DNA of 64,000 nt from an uncultured virus (IMG/VR IMGVR_UViG_3300042519_003322) (taxonomy: Duplodnaviria; Heunggongvirae; Uroviricota; Caudoviricetes). The stretch lies in IMG/VR virus record IMGVR_UViG_3300042519_003322; one strand, given 5' to 3'. Positions 53,269 through 62,589 of this stretch are shown in pieces. Under the pieces are notes generated by a model. That model saw nothing but the letters and a program-made list of their open reading frames with translations, searched no databases and had not been told where the DNA came from. Each line of letters opens with the position of its first letter. Position 1 is the stretch's first letter. Both the position numbers and the translations under genes were made by a program.

Positions 53269-53537
53269 CAGACTTCCGAATCTGTGTCGTCTGTACCTTT
53301 GCGTGAGTTGGAAATCATCAAGCCGGCGAGAGTTCCCGTAATGAAAGTTGCAACGCTTGAAAGAACGCTGAAAAACATCTTGTCGTTCTCGGCTTGAACA
53401 CCGATGGGCTGGGTGACGAACACGAGCGCATACAGGATTGCACCTGTCGTAATAAGAAGAACTCCGCCAAGGACGCAGCCAATAACAAATTTCAGGCGAG
53501 CATCCAGCTCATCTGACGAATAGCGTTTCTTTCTCAT
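53268..53537 (-). CDS. Two-TM protein, holin candidate
   Basis: Two hydrophobic helices; downstream of the endolysin. Confidence 0.55.
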   Translation of the reverse strand: MRKKRYSSDELDARLKFVIGCVLGGVLLITTGAILYALVFVTQPIGVQAENDKMFFSVLSSVATFITGTLAGLMISNSRKGTDDTDSEV

Positions 53538-53725
53538 GGTTGACTTCCTTTTCCGACAAGCGTGTACCAACAATGTCCATTTACTTCGCAAATAGGTGGG
53601 TTGCATTCCATGTTCTCCCAGTTTGCAGGGTCTTGACATGCATATCTATATGAACCATCCCCGCAAGAAGCCAGGAATGGGGCAAGAATTAAAGATAAGC
53701 CAATTGCTAATCTATGAATTTTCAT
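53534..53725 (-). CDS. Small Cys-rich lipoprotein
   Basis: Lipobox LASC; RY.CQDP.NW...C.PP.C...C. Confidence 0.6.
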   Translation of the reverse strand: MKIHRLAIGLSLILAPFLASCGDGSYRYACQDPANWENMECNPPICEVNGHCWYTLVGKGSQP

Positions 53726-53746
53726 GGCACCTCTTCTTTCGGGCCG

Positions 53747-54565
53747 TCAGCCGAACATTTTCTTCCAAGTGACGGGTCCAATGACGCCGTCTGCGGTGAG
53801 ACCATTAGCCTTTTGCCAGACCTTGACCTGAGCCTCGGTACCGGCACCAAAGTCGCCATCAACGGGGTTGGCCTTAACCATTGCTTGAACAAGTTTTACT
53901 GCGTCTCCCTTGGAGCCCTTTTTGACAGGGGCGCCCGGGTAGCCAAACGTCAAACCCCCACCGCCACCGGCAGGTGCAGCAGCAGCGGCGGCAGGAGCAG
54001 GTGCGGCAGCGGCGGAACCATCGGGAGAAGCGTCACCGAGGGCGTATTGCCAGTGCCATAGTTCAAATTCTTTAGAGGCAGGATTGTCGCCTTGGAGGTA
54101 GAAGCCCCACTTTGGTGCATTTGCGCACATCCAGTCGCCACAGGCGCCACCCATTGAGGTGAGTTTGCCATTGACATCATACCCAAGGTCAATCGCGAGG
54201 CCCCAACCATGATTCGAGCCCTTAAGACCAGTAGGGTCCGGTGCTGCCGAAGGGGCCTTGCCCTTCTTGAGGTACCAAGTCTTGCCTTCGTACTGACGGG
54301 TGACGCCAGTGCCAGTATCGGTGGTCACGTAGCGGTCCATAAACATGCTCAGCTGACCTTCGAATGAACGATAGTCGCCAACATTCTTAAGCTTGAAACC
54401 AGCAGCGAGGGCAGCGTCGTACATCTTGTTAAATTGTTCCGCAACCGGGGCGTACATTTGTCCGCCAGTTTTGACTTTTGCCAAAACATTTGCTGGCAAC
54501 TGGCCATTCTTGAACTGCTTAAGTGGTGTTGGTACTACGAGTTTAATGAAAGGATACTTGGACAT
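53747..54565 (-). CDS. Endolysin: peptidase M15 (VanY-like) plus peptidoglycan-binding domain
   Basis: YRS..Q, SNHGWGLAID, E.WHW; GSKGDAVK..Q..DGDFG..T..V..WQ...L.ADGVIGPVTW. Confidence 0.88.
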   Translation of the reverse strand: MSKYPFIKLVVPTPLKQFKNGQLPANVLAKVKTGGQMYAPVAEQFNKMYDAALAAGFKLKNVGDYRSFEGQLSMFMDRYVTTDTGTGVTRQYEGKTWYLKKGKAPSAAPDPTGLKGSNHGWGLAIDLGYDVNGKLTSMGGACGDWMCANAPKWGFYLQGDNPASKEFELWHWQYALGDASPDGSAAAAPAPAAAAAAPAGGGGGLTFGYPGAPVKKGSKGDAVKLVQAMVKANPVDGDFGAGTEAQVKVWQKANGLTADGVIGPVTWKKMFG

Positions 54566-54650
54566 GCGGGGGTCTCCTGGTTGATTATTCGACAAGTACC
54601 ATTATACATCCACGGCATCTCTTTGAAAAGAAGGCGCCCCCACAGTTAAC

Positions 54651-56567
54651 TTAGTTTAACTTTTCAAATAATCTCATAATCATCTGCACGGTGCTGTTTT
54701 CATCGGATACTTCGCCACCTTCTATGGCGGCGTCAACGACAGCCCGTTTCTTTTCTATTAAATCATAAATGTCTTCATCTATCGTTCCTGCCGCAAGCAT
54801 ATATGTTGAAGTGACGCTTCCTTTCTGACCAATACGATGCAAGCGACTGTATGTCTGGTCAAGGTCTGCTGGCGTCCATGGCAGTTCGACAAAAAGGCAT
54901 TCTTCAGCTGCCGTTAATGTGTGTCCGGTTTTTGCTGCCTGTATAGAAAGAACTATTACAGGCGCACTGTCAATACTCTCCGTCTGAAAACGACGTTTAT
55001 TTTCCTCTACTTCTTCTACTGACATACCACCCTGGATTCGAATATTTCCGAACTTGCGAGCGAGCTCATCAACGACCTCACGGTGGTGAGCAGCAACTAC
55101 GACTTTCTTGCCATTCTCAATGCGTCCATTAATCCATTCCGCCGCAACTTCCATTTTTGCTTTAGCGGCTAGTCTACGAAGAACAGACAACCGCACTAGG
55201 TGTTCATTGGCTTCAGCTCTAATCATTGCGGCGATAGCTGCGCCATAAGACGGCTTCCCTTGCTCTAGGGCAAGTTGTCGAGCCCGTTCTGCGATGTACA
55301 ACAAAATGTCTTTTTCTGCCTTGATGTATTCTTTCATCGCTGCAGGGTTACCTTCGACGAGAACCTTACTGTGCACTACCGGTGGTAAATCTGAAAGAAC
55401 TTGGTCTTTCGTGCGGCGTATGTAACAGGTGCCTCGGAGTCTTTCATTAAGCTCATCGAGATGGGAGTTCCCACTGATGTTCCATTGTCCAAAATTGTCT
55501 TGGAATGCTCCGCAGTAACGGCGATAGAAGCCCCACAGTCCCCCAAAGTCTTTAAGGCGACCGAGAATGTCTAGCTGTGACGCATATTCGTTAGGTCGAT
55601 TTGTTACTGGTGTCCCGGTGAGACAAAGAACAATCCCATCTTTGTGTGCGGACTTTGCTATTTTTACAGCAGCCTTTGTTCTCTGGGCTGTTGGCGTTTT
55701 TGCATAGTGGCTCTCGTCAAAAATATAAGAGCGATGGCCGGTTAGGCGCTTTTCCCAGTGAGCAATGTTGCTGTAACCAATAACGACAACGTCATAAGAA
55801 CCTTTTTCGGGGAAATCTTTGCGATTTATTACCGGCGCAATCTTTCGATTAGGTAGCCATCGATTCCATTCAGCAACCCAATTTAAAACAAGGCTTGGTG
55901 GACATACAACAACTGCAGGATACGAATCCCATACGTATTCTAATGTTGCAATCGATTGTAAAGTTTTTCCCAGTCCCATATCATCGGCGATAAATGTTCG
56001 ACGTGCATTTGCTGCATACGCAACGCCGGCATGCTGATACGGAAGTAAATCCCCCTGAAGATTTGGAATTTCTACTTTTGCATCAGTAGAGCGTGAAGCC
56101 TCGATGAACTGATTCATACGAGCGGTAACCTCACTCGACATCGCCGACACATCTGGCTGGACGACGACGTCAAACTTTTCGGCCCATTCCATGACGTTGA
56201 TTACTGATGAATTTGGAGCCTCCCAATAATGCTTATCTGCATTCCATGAAACTGCAGGAATCTGCTTGACGGCCTTAATGATGACGCGCTCATATGGTAC
56301 GCGAATAGCAATCGCGTCATTCTCTAGGGAGACCCTGGCGCTTCCTGTGCGTGGCTTCGGTGCACTGAATGTAAGAACATCGATTGTCACTTCGAAGTCA
56401 TGATTTATGGCAAAATCACGTGCTTCAGCAAGGGAGGTTATTGGAACCCGCCAAAGCTTGGACTGCTTGTCCCATCGCGCCCCACGAATCTGTTTAAGCT
56501 CTGATACCTGTTGGGCGTCGTAAGGGAAATCGAGCACTATCTCGTTTTTGTCTAAATACAACTTCAT
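54651..56567 (-). CDS. SNF2-family helicase (SMARCAL1/HARP-like)
   Basis: ADDMGLGKT, DESH, LTGTP..N, RRTK, QTYSRLHRIGQ; duplicated N-terminal PY...KQI....W...W domains. Confidence 0.9.
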   Translation of the reverse strand: MKLYLDKNEIVLDFPYDAQQVSELKQIRGARWDKQSKLWRVPITSLAEARDFAINHDFEVTIDVLTFSAPKPRTGSARVSLENDAIAIRVPYERVIIKAVKQIPAVSWNADKHYWEAPNSSVINVMEWAEKFDVVVQPDVSAMSSEVTARMNQFIEASRSTDAKVEIPNLQGDLLPYQHAGVAYAANARRTFIADDMGLGKTLQSIATLEYVWDSYPAVVVCPPSLVLNWVAEWNRWLPNRKIAPVINRKDFPEKGSYDVVVIGYSNIAHWEKRLTGHRSYIFDESHYAKTPTAQRTKAAVKIAKSAHKDGIVLCLTGTPVTNRPNEYASQLDILGRLKDFGGLWGFYRRYCGAFQDNFGQWNISGNSHLDELNERLRGTCYIRRTKDQVLSDLPPVVHSKVLVEGNPAAMKEYIKAEKDILLYIAERARQLALEQGKPSYGAAIAAMIRAEANEHLVRLSVLRRLAAKAKMEVAAEWINGRIENGKKVVVAAHHREVVDELARKFGNIRIQGGMSVEEVEENKRRFQTESIDSAPVIVLSIQAAKTGHTLTAAEECLFVELPWTPADLDQTYSRLHRIGQKGSVTSTYMLAAGTIDEDIYDLIEKKRAVVDAAIEGGEVSDENSTVQMIMRLFEKLN

Positions 56568-57227
56568 TGGATACAGGGTACTGTAAATCGGCGAGACTCG
56601 CACAGGGATATGTCGAAAGGAGAGATTGAGCGAGCCTCACCGATTTAAGAAAATACTAATACATGGGATTGCATATTTCTGAATAGTCTGGGTATTATTA
56701 CTAGACACTTAAAGAAGGGTAAATATGAAAAATTTTGCAAAGGGCTGGGAATAATGAACTGGACGACGATTCCTGTACTCGCCCTACTGGGTGTGGTTTA
56801 TGTAATTTTGAAGAAGTCAAAAAGATTTGAGGAAAAAGATTGAATCTCCCATCGATGTTTACTTGCAAGGGTTGCGGGCTGTCACTTCGTCCTGGCGACA
56901 ATACAGTAGAGCGTAAAGCTTCTGTTTGGCTAAAAGGAAACGGCAAGACAGTAAATCGCGTAATTGAGGAAATGTACGAGTACAAACATGTGTTTTGCAG
57001 TGAGGTTAAAATTCCCGAAAATCATTCACTTTTTTAACAATTTCAGATTTATTGGCCGTAGCTAATCTAAGGTCGTTGAAATTGTGAGAAAATTGATTCA
57101 TGCTTCGTAAAAAGAAATCAGAAGAAAAACCCTCAGATGAAAAGAACCCCAACAGGGGCGCTGTTCCCGTATCTGAGATAGAGGGTCGCCACAGTATACG
57201 TAAGGGTCCAAGCCGGCGGTGCTGCCC

Positions 57228-57497
57228 CTAAAACGGGGAGTCGTTTACGATGATTGGGGTCCTTTCCCCTACCCATGCGCCGAGGCAGTTATAACTGATG
57301 TATTCGGCAGCTTCGTCGTAGTCCATGTCGTCTCGACGGACAAGTACGCCAAGCATTTTTTCATAAGAGTAAACCGCCAGGACTGGTTCGTTCATTCTCT
57401 GGCTGTATCCAATAAAAGCTTCTTCAAATCCGTCCATCAGAAGAACTGATTCATCCATCTCTTCAAAAAGTTTAGAAATTTTCTCTCTTGTTGTCAT
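57228..57497 (-). CDS. Conserved phage hypothetical protein
   Basis: DGFEEA.IG...VYSYEK...EA.EY..YN..GAWVGE.TP. Confidence 0.65.
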   Translation of the reverse strand: MTTREKISKLFEEMDESVLLMDGFEEAFIGYSQRMNEPVLAVYSYEKMLGVLVRRDDMDYDEAAEYISYNCLGAWVGERTPIIVNDSPF

Positions 57498-57705
57498 TGT
57501 GTTTTCCTTTTCTTGATTTTGGATAATGCAATGGCCGCCTTATCAATCGGCAGAATTTTCACACGAGCGACGGCAGTAGTCGTCGAGGCTGCGGTCGATT
57601 CGCTTTTTATCGGCCTTACGGTCGTGCGCGGAAGTGCTTTTTGTTTTGGTGATGGTTTATTCTTCTTGTCTGTCACGACTATCCTCTTCCTATGTTTCTT
57701 TTATT

Positions 57706-57782
57706 TGGTGGGCCCGGCAGGACTTGAACCCGCGGCCAAGGGATTATGAGTCCCCTGCTCTAACCATCTGAGCTACAGGCCC
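57706..57782 (-). tRNA. tRNA with CAT anticodon, Ile2-like (Met not excluded)
   Basis: GGGCCTG..TAGCTCAG..GGGGA-CTCATAA-TCCCT..GGTTCAAGTCC..CGGGCCCACCA; full cloverleaf, encoded CCA. Confidence 0.92.
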
Positions 57783-58232
57783 TAGTTCGGAACTTCTATT
57801 GATTTGAGTTTGTGTTTACTAACATTCTTTTCGGAGGGATTGGAAGCCCGCCGGCATTCATTCGTAGCCATGTTTTTTCGCTAACTATTTCGTATGTCCA
57901 TGCGTCCTGAGTGTACCCTTGATTTCCGGGATGGGGCCGTCGGTCCACTAGTGATTGCAATATTGCTCTCTCTTTGGTTTCCTCTACCGTCACAAACCAT
58001 CTTTTAGAGGGGTCAGATGTATGCCAAATAACATACACAACATCAAGGTCCTTGCCCTCAACATGTATGGCTCCTAGTGTCCCCTTGTTGTTCGCCATGT
58101 ATTTTATCCTTTGGGTTTTAATTTGTAAGGAATATTATAAAATTTTAAATCAATTATGGTTTTCAATTTACAAATGAATTTGATATAAAGCGGGCACGCC
58201 TCGGTCACGATTTTCTACTTTCGCTAGCAGTT

Positions 58233-58655
58233 CTACGGAGTGAGCGGACGTAGAGCGATTGACTCAGCCTTAGCGAACTGGTCTTTGCACAAGTTCTCTC
58301 CACCAGACATAACTATAGAGTAATGAAGTTTTGCCTCATCATTATCCGCCGAGCCTTCGTTAATGCGGCCAATCACATCGTCAGCAGTCATGCCCTCGTT
58401 CATCAACTGACACCACAACTCGCCTGTCTGTACGATTTCTTCGTCAGGCATTGTTGGCGTTGAGCCGTAAAAGAAATACACGTCATCCAAGAATGATGTT
58501 TGCTCTTGAGTGAATGGACTATCCGTGGACGGGATTGTGTCGAAGACTGGGACTCCAGTCGTTGGTAAGGGAGCAAGAGTAGTCGTCTCTCCATCGGAGA
58601 TTCCTGCCGAACAACCGACGAGGAAAAGAAATGTTAGTGGTAGTAGGCTTTTCAT
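58233..58655 (-). CDS. DUF732-like lipoprotein
   Basis: Lipobox LVGC; FL.....G..WC..M..G......LC. Confidence 0.65.
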   Translation of the reverse strand: MKSLLPLTFLFLVGCSAGISDGETTTLAPLPTTGVPVFDTIPSTDSPFTQEQTSFLDDVYFFYGSTPTMPDEEIVQTGELWCQLMNEGMTADDVIGRINEGSADNDEAKLHYSIVMSGGENLCKDQFAKAESIALRPLTP

Positions 58656-58802
58656 ATCGTTGCTTTCTTTAGATAGGAGTTTTCACACAAAAAACATCAG
58701 TAACAGAAAAAGGATTATACACATTGCCCAAGAACATACAACCAATGACCAGACCAAGATTGCGTCAAATTTATGAAGCAATTTGGTAAAAAAGTTCCTC
58801 AT

Positions 58803-59225
58803 TTAGTTGTCAAACTTGTAGGCCTGTTCGGGACAGAAGTTCACAACCGCGGCTGCTGTAACATTGATAAGCAGTTCTTCTACTGCGGCATCACCTTCAG
58901 ATGATGAGACAATTGCGTCAAGTGCATCATAGCCAGTCATGCCACTGCGTAAACCATCACAAACCGCATATCCTGTGTCAATCAGGTCTTGGTCTTCAAG
59001 GTAGATGGGACCAGTGTTTTCGTTGTAGATGTCGTAGATGAACTCCTCTTCGTCGCTCCACGCTACAGGTGGCTGAGTGGGTGCTGGGGTCGCAATCGGT
59101 GCGTCAGTTGTCTTGGTCACCTTGACTGTTGTGTCGGGTGCTTCGGTACTAGTGACATACACGGTCTTGCTTCCGCAACCTACGAGTACGAGTGTGCCGA
59201 TAATGATTGGAATGAGTCGTTTCAT
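58803..59225 (-). CDS. DUF732-like lipoprotein (second copy)
   Basis: Lipobox LVGC; GYAVCDGLRSG...AAVVNFCPE. Confidence 0.7.
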   Translation of the reverse strand: MKRLIPIIIGTLVLVGCGSKTVYVTSTEAPDTTVKVTKTTDAPIATPAPTQPPVAWSDEEEFIYDIYNENTGPIYLEDQDLIDTGYAVCDGLRSGMTGYDALDAIVSSSEGDAAVEELLINVTAAAVVNFCPEQAYKFDN

Positions 59226-59423
59226 TTTGATTCCTTTTTCTTTGTTGTCGTGGGCATTACTTTTTACTTTCGCTTTCATCTAAATATGTGCGAACTGCTT
59301 CTCTAAGCATGGAGCCGATTGACAACTTCTTTTTATCTGAAGCGACCAAAAGTCTGTTATGCAACTCGCGTGAAATATGAAGAACCACTCGTTCAAAATC
59401 TTTATCGTTTGACATATTCACCT

Positions 59424-59762
59424 TCAGGTTGTTGTTTCGTTTATGGCTTTTCGCATAGCCTCTATCATGCGTTCCTTATTGAAGCCACCGTTCATTACTA
59501 CTCGTCCATTGGGCAAGCCGTTTTTAATGACGAGGAGAGCAGGTATCGATAAGATTTCGTACCGTTTGCCAAACTCTGGGAAATCTTCAATGTTGAGTTT
59601 TGCAAATGTAATCTCGCTTTGCATCTCTGTTGCGAGTTCGTCAATAATTGGAGCTATCTGGAGGCAGGGTTTGCACCATGGTGCCCAAAAATCAACAATA
59701 ACCGGCAGTTCGGCGCTGTTAATAAATTCGTCGTATGTATCAGATGTCAGCTCTGTTGTCAT
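59424..59762 (-). CDS. trxA: Thioredoxin
   Basis: VIVDFWAPWCKPC...SIPAL. Confidence 0.92.
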   Translation of the reverse strand: MTTELTSDTYDEFINSAELPVIVDFWAPWCKPCLQIAPIIDELATEMQSEITFAKLNIEDFPEFGKRYEILSIPALLVIKNGLPNGRVVMNGGFNKERMIEAMRKAINETTT

Positions 59763-59812
59763 GATGCAGATAGTATCCTAGTAGTTAATGAAAAGTGCAG
59801 CGTTTATTAAAT

Positions 59813-60268
59813 TTAGTCGTAGATTTCTTTTGTGAGTAAATCTTTTACATCTTCAGCCATCAACAGGAAACCCATGGTTGGGTTGCTGCCACCGACGGAA
59901 GTCTTTGTGGATTCGTTAAATTTATCCTTATTTAAACGTAAGTATCTTTTTAGTCTATTGACATCCACAATTACAAATCCTTGTTTTGGTGAAAATACAT
60001 AAACCCACCACTTCGCTTCAGTGACATTGATGCCGCTTTTTTTCCAAATTGATTCATCATTTTGGTCGCGCAACCCTTTCGGGTTTTGGTCTGTTTCTAC
60101 AAACATTCTGCCGTTTCTGTACCTATCCGTCTTGACTTCAAAAGAACCGTCTGACAGGACATTGAGAAAATCGGATATATCATTTTCGCTTTGTTGTCCA
60201 AATTTCAAGTCAGATGCAAAGTCAAAATTCCGTGCTGGGATGTCGAACTTATAGCTCATCCGGCACAT
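59813..60268 (-). CDS. PD-(D/E)XK-like phage protein
   Basis: FEVKTD...G..FVE...SGI..T.A.WW. Confidence 0.55.
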   Translation of the reverse strand: MCRMSYKFDIPARNFDFASDLKFGQQSENDISDFLNVLSDGSFEVKTDRYRNGRMFVETDQNPKGLRDQNDESIWKKSGINVTEAKWWVYVFSPKQGFVIVDVNRLKRYLRLNKDKFNESTKTSVGGSNPTMGFLLMAEDVKDLLTKEIYD

Positions 60269-60561
60269 CTCTAGTAATTAAAGTCTCAATTTCGCCTTCG
60301 GCGTTCGGCCCGTCATTGACTTGCAGACCAAGAATTTCAAATATATTTTCGGCAGCGTCTTCCGCGTTAAGGAGATTTTCTCGCTCGTCACCTGGACCGA
60401 TGTCTTCTTTATCTATGAAATGATAAATTGTGTTTGCAATTAAATCACTTAGAGAAAGTCTAAGTTCTGCTCCGCTTGAGTGTGTCATGGTTGACAGACT
60501 ACCATCGAGCCTGTATAGTGAGTACGCCTTAGGGCAACACTTAGAGAAAAGAGACAAACCA

Positions 60562-61038
60562 ATGAATTTAGCCCCAATCACAATCATCGGGAATCTGACA
60601 GCAGACCCCGAACTTACCTACACAACAACAGGACAAGGGAAGCTTAGCTTCTCTGTAGCAAACACCCATATCTGGTACGACGCTGCCGGAGAAAAGCAAG
60701 AGAAGACTAGTTTCTTCAACATCACTGCATGGCGCTATCTTGCCGAGAACTCCGCACGCACCCTTGAAAAAGGTATTGGAGTCATCGTCTATGGCCGTCT
60801 TGAGCAACGCACCTACGATGACAAAGAGGGCAATAAGCGCTCTGTTGTTGAGGTAGTTGCAGAGGAAATTGCAATCTCCACCAAGTCACTAGAGACCATC
60901 GAGCGTCGCCTGCGCAGTGAAAACTCCGAAGGCGGAGCACCTCGTGGAGGTTCTGCTCAGCCACGTCGAGCTCGCCCAAGCGCGGCAAAAGTCCCAGCAG
61001 GCGCAATGTTGATGCCAGAATCAGAAGAACCATTCTGA
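60562..61038 (+). CDS. ssb: Single-stranded DNA-binding protein
   Basis: IIGNLTADPEL, W..LAE, KG..V.V.GRL.QR, acidic C-terminal EEPF. Confidence 0.95.
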   Translation: MNLAPITIIGNLTADPELTYTTTGQGKLSFSVANTHIWYDAAGEKQEKTSFFNITAWRYLAENSARTLEKGIGVIVYGRLEQRTYDDKEGNKRSVVEVVAEEIAISTKSLETIERRLRSENSEGGAPRGGSAQPRRARPSAAKVPAGAMLMPESEEPF

Positions 61039-61086
61039 GCATTAAGTAGCCGTTATAGGGGCCTAATAAGCCCCACACGAAGAGCA

Positions 61087-61128
61087 AGAACCCGACCACT
61101 AGGGAAGCCTGGTATGGTCGGGTTTTTG
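61087..61128 (+). terminator. Intrinsic terminator after ssb
   Basis: AACCCGACCA...TGGTCGGGTTTTT hairpin plus T-tract. Confidence 0.7.
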
Positions 61129-61244
61129 CATTTATGGGCACATTTGGTGAATTAAAAACTTTTTAAAAAAAAATGTTGCTAAAGCAAAAAGGTCGCCATA
61201 TCATTTGAATTCCCATCAACCCACTTATTAAAAGGGAGATAAAA

Positions 61245-61493
61245 ATGTCAGAATACAGCAAGCTTCTTCAAAAAGGAATTAACCGAGGTAGGCCTCCACA
61301 TAGCCCAGAGCAGAAGGCCGCATCAACGCTACGAAACTCGCTTCGTCAGGAAGCACGTCGTCGTGCACACCTGGTACTCAAGACTCGCTACTGGGACGAG
61401 TTTGACGAAATCTATGAAGCCGAAATGAAAGAACTTGTCAAGAAAGCTTCTGCGTTAAATTCCACCAAATCACGCAAGACTCGCAAGCCCTAG
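61245..61493 (+). CDS. Small basic hypothetical protein
   Basis: AAAGGGAG RBS; RGRPP motif. Confidence 0.55.
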   Translation: MSEYSKLLQKGINRGRPPHSPEQKAASTLRNSLRQEARRRAHLVLKTRYWDEFDEIYEAEMKELVKKASALNSTKSRKTRKP

Positions 61494-61884
61494 TCCTCGT
61501 CCTGGTCTTCTTCTTGGTCGTCTTTTTCTTCTGAAAAAGCCAGTTCTCCGGTTTTAAATCGCATGTTTTTTCGCAAGTGCTTAAGCGTGGCGACCAAGTC
61601 GAGGGCCCGTTCCTGGTCCTGAGTGAGTCTTTTTGAGTCAATAGCGGCGATGTCTGCGAGAATTTTAATATCGCCATCAAATCCTGGGAATGTCATATTA
61701 AAAGTCCTTCTCTTTACGGAACCTTGTATTGCGCTTGAGCGCCTTTCGCCTGGATGAACCATATTCTAGCTCAAGCCAGTCATCAAAGTCCTCGTATGCG
61801 CCAGGACTATGCTGCATATATCTTTCGTACTCGGCTAGGAGCTGTAGATATTCTTCGTCGTCTGGGTCAAAATGCGTTGCCATG

Positions 61885-62373
61885 TTATGCTTTTTTTCTC
61901 GCTTTGGCCGCGGCTTCAGTATTGGGGACAAACTGTCGGCCCTTGCGGCTTCCTATTGTTTTCTTTCTATTGGTTGCAGTTCTTTGTGCCGGCGTCAACT
62001 TTGACCACGCCTTTGCTGGCAAGTATCTGGTAGTTCCACCTTTTCTGATTGCGGGCTTGCCGTCAGAGGTCGTCCATTTTTCACGAGTCCACTTCTTTAG
62101 AGAGCGCTGTGCTTTCTTCGGCTTGCCCCTATATCCTCCGCCAGCTTTTCGGTATTCCATCGCCAGAAGCTGCGCTTTTCTTGCACTCCACTGACCAGGC
62201 TTCCCTCCTCGCGAGCCAGCCATTATTCGGTTCTTAATCCGTTCGCGAACATTCGGCTTCGTGTAAGACATTTTTGCAGTTTTTTCCAGCACCCCTGGGG
62301 CATCTTCTACAAACTTTGCGATTGAGTCTTCGACCCAAGCAGGCGAGTCCGGTGAATTTTTATTTTCTCTCAT
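61885..62373 (-). CDS. DUF5872-like basic protein
   Basis: YTKP..RERIK....GG.PGQWSARKAQ....Y...GGGY; WT.EKW. Confidence 0.7.
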   Translation of the reverse strand: MRENKNSPDSPAWVEDSIAKFVEDAPGVLEKTAKMSYTKPNVRERIKNRIMAGSRGGKPGQWSARKAQLLAMEYRKAGGGYRGKPKKAQRSLKKWTREKWTTSDGKPAIRKGGTTRYLPAKAWSKLTPAQRTATNRKKTIGSRKGRQFVPNTEAAAKARKKA

Positions 62374-62589
62374 TTTTTCTTTTTCTCTTTTTGTTCTCTC
62401 TTGAGCGGCTTCATATATATAGGTGGCGTTGGAGTGCCCAAGGACGGTATGTCTAAAACAGAAACCTTACTATTTTTTGTTTCTTCTTTTGCCTTATTTT
62501 TTCCCGTCATTTGTCTTTTCGCAACAGGTAGTCCACGTTTTCCTATTTCGTTTAATTCTAAACTAAAAATATCTTTGTTGTCTTCTTCT

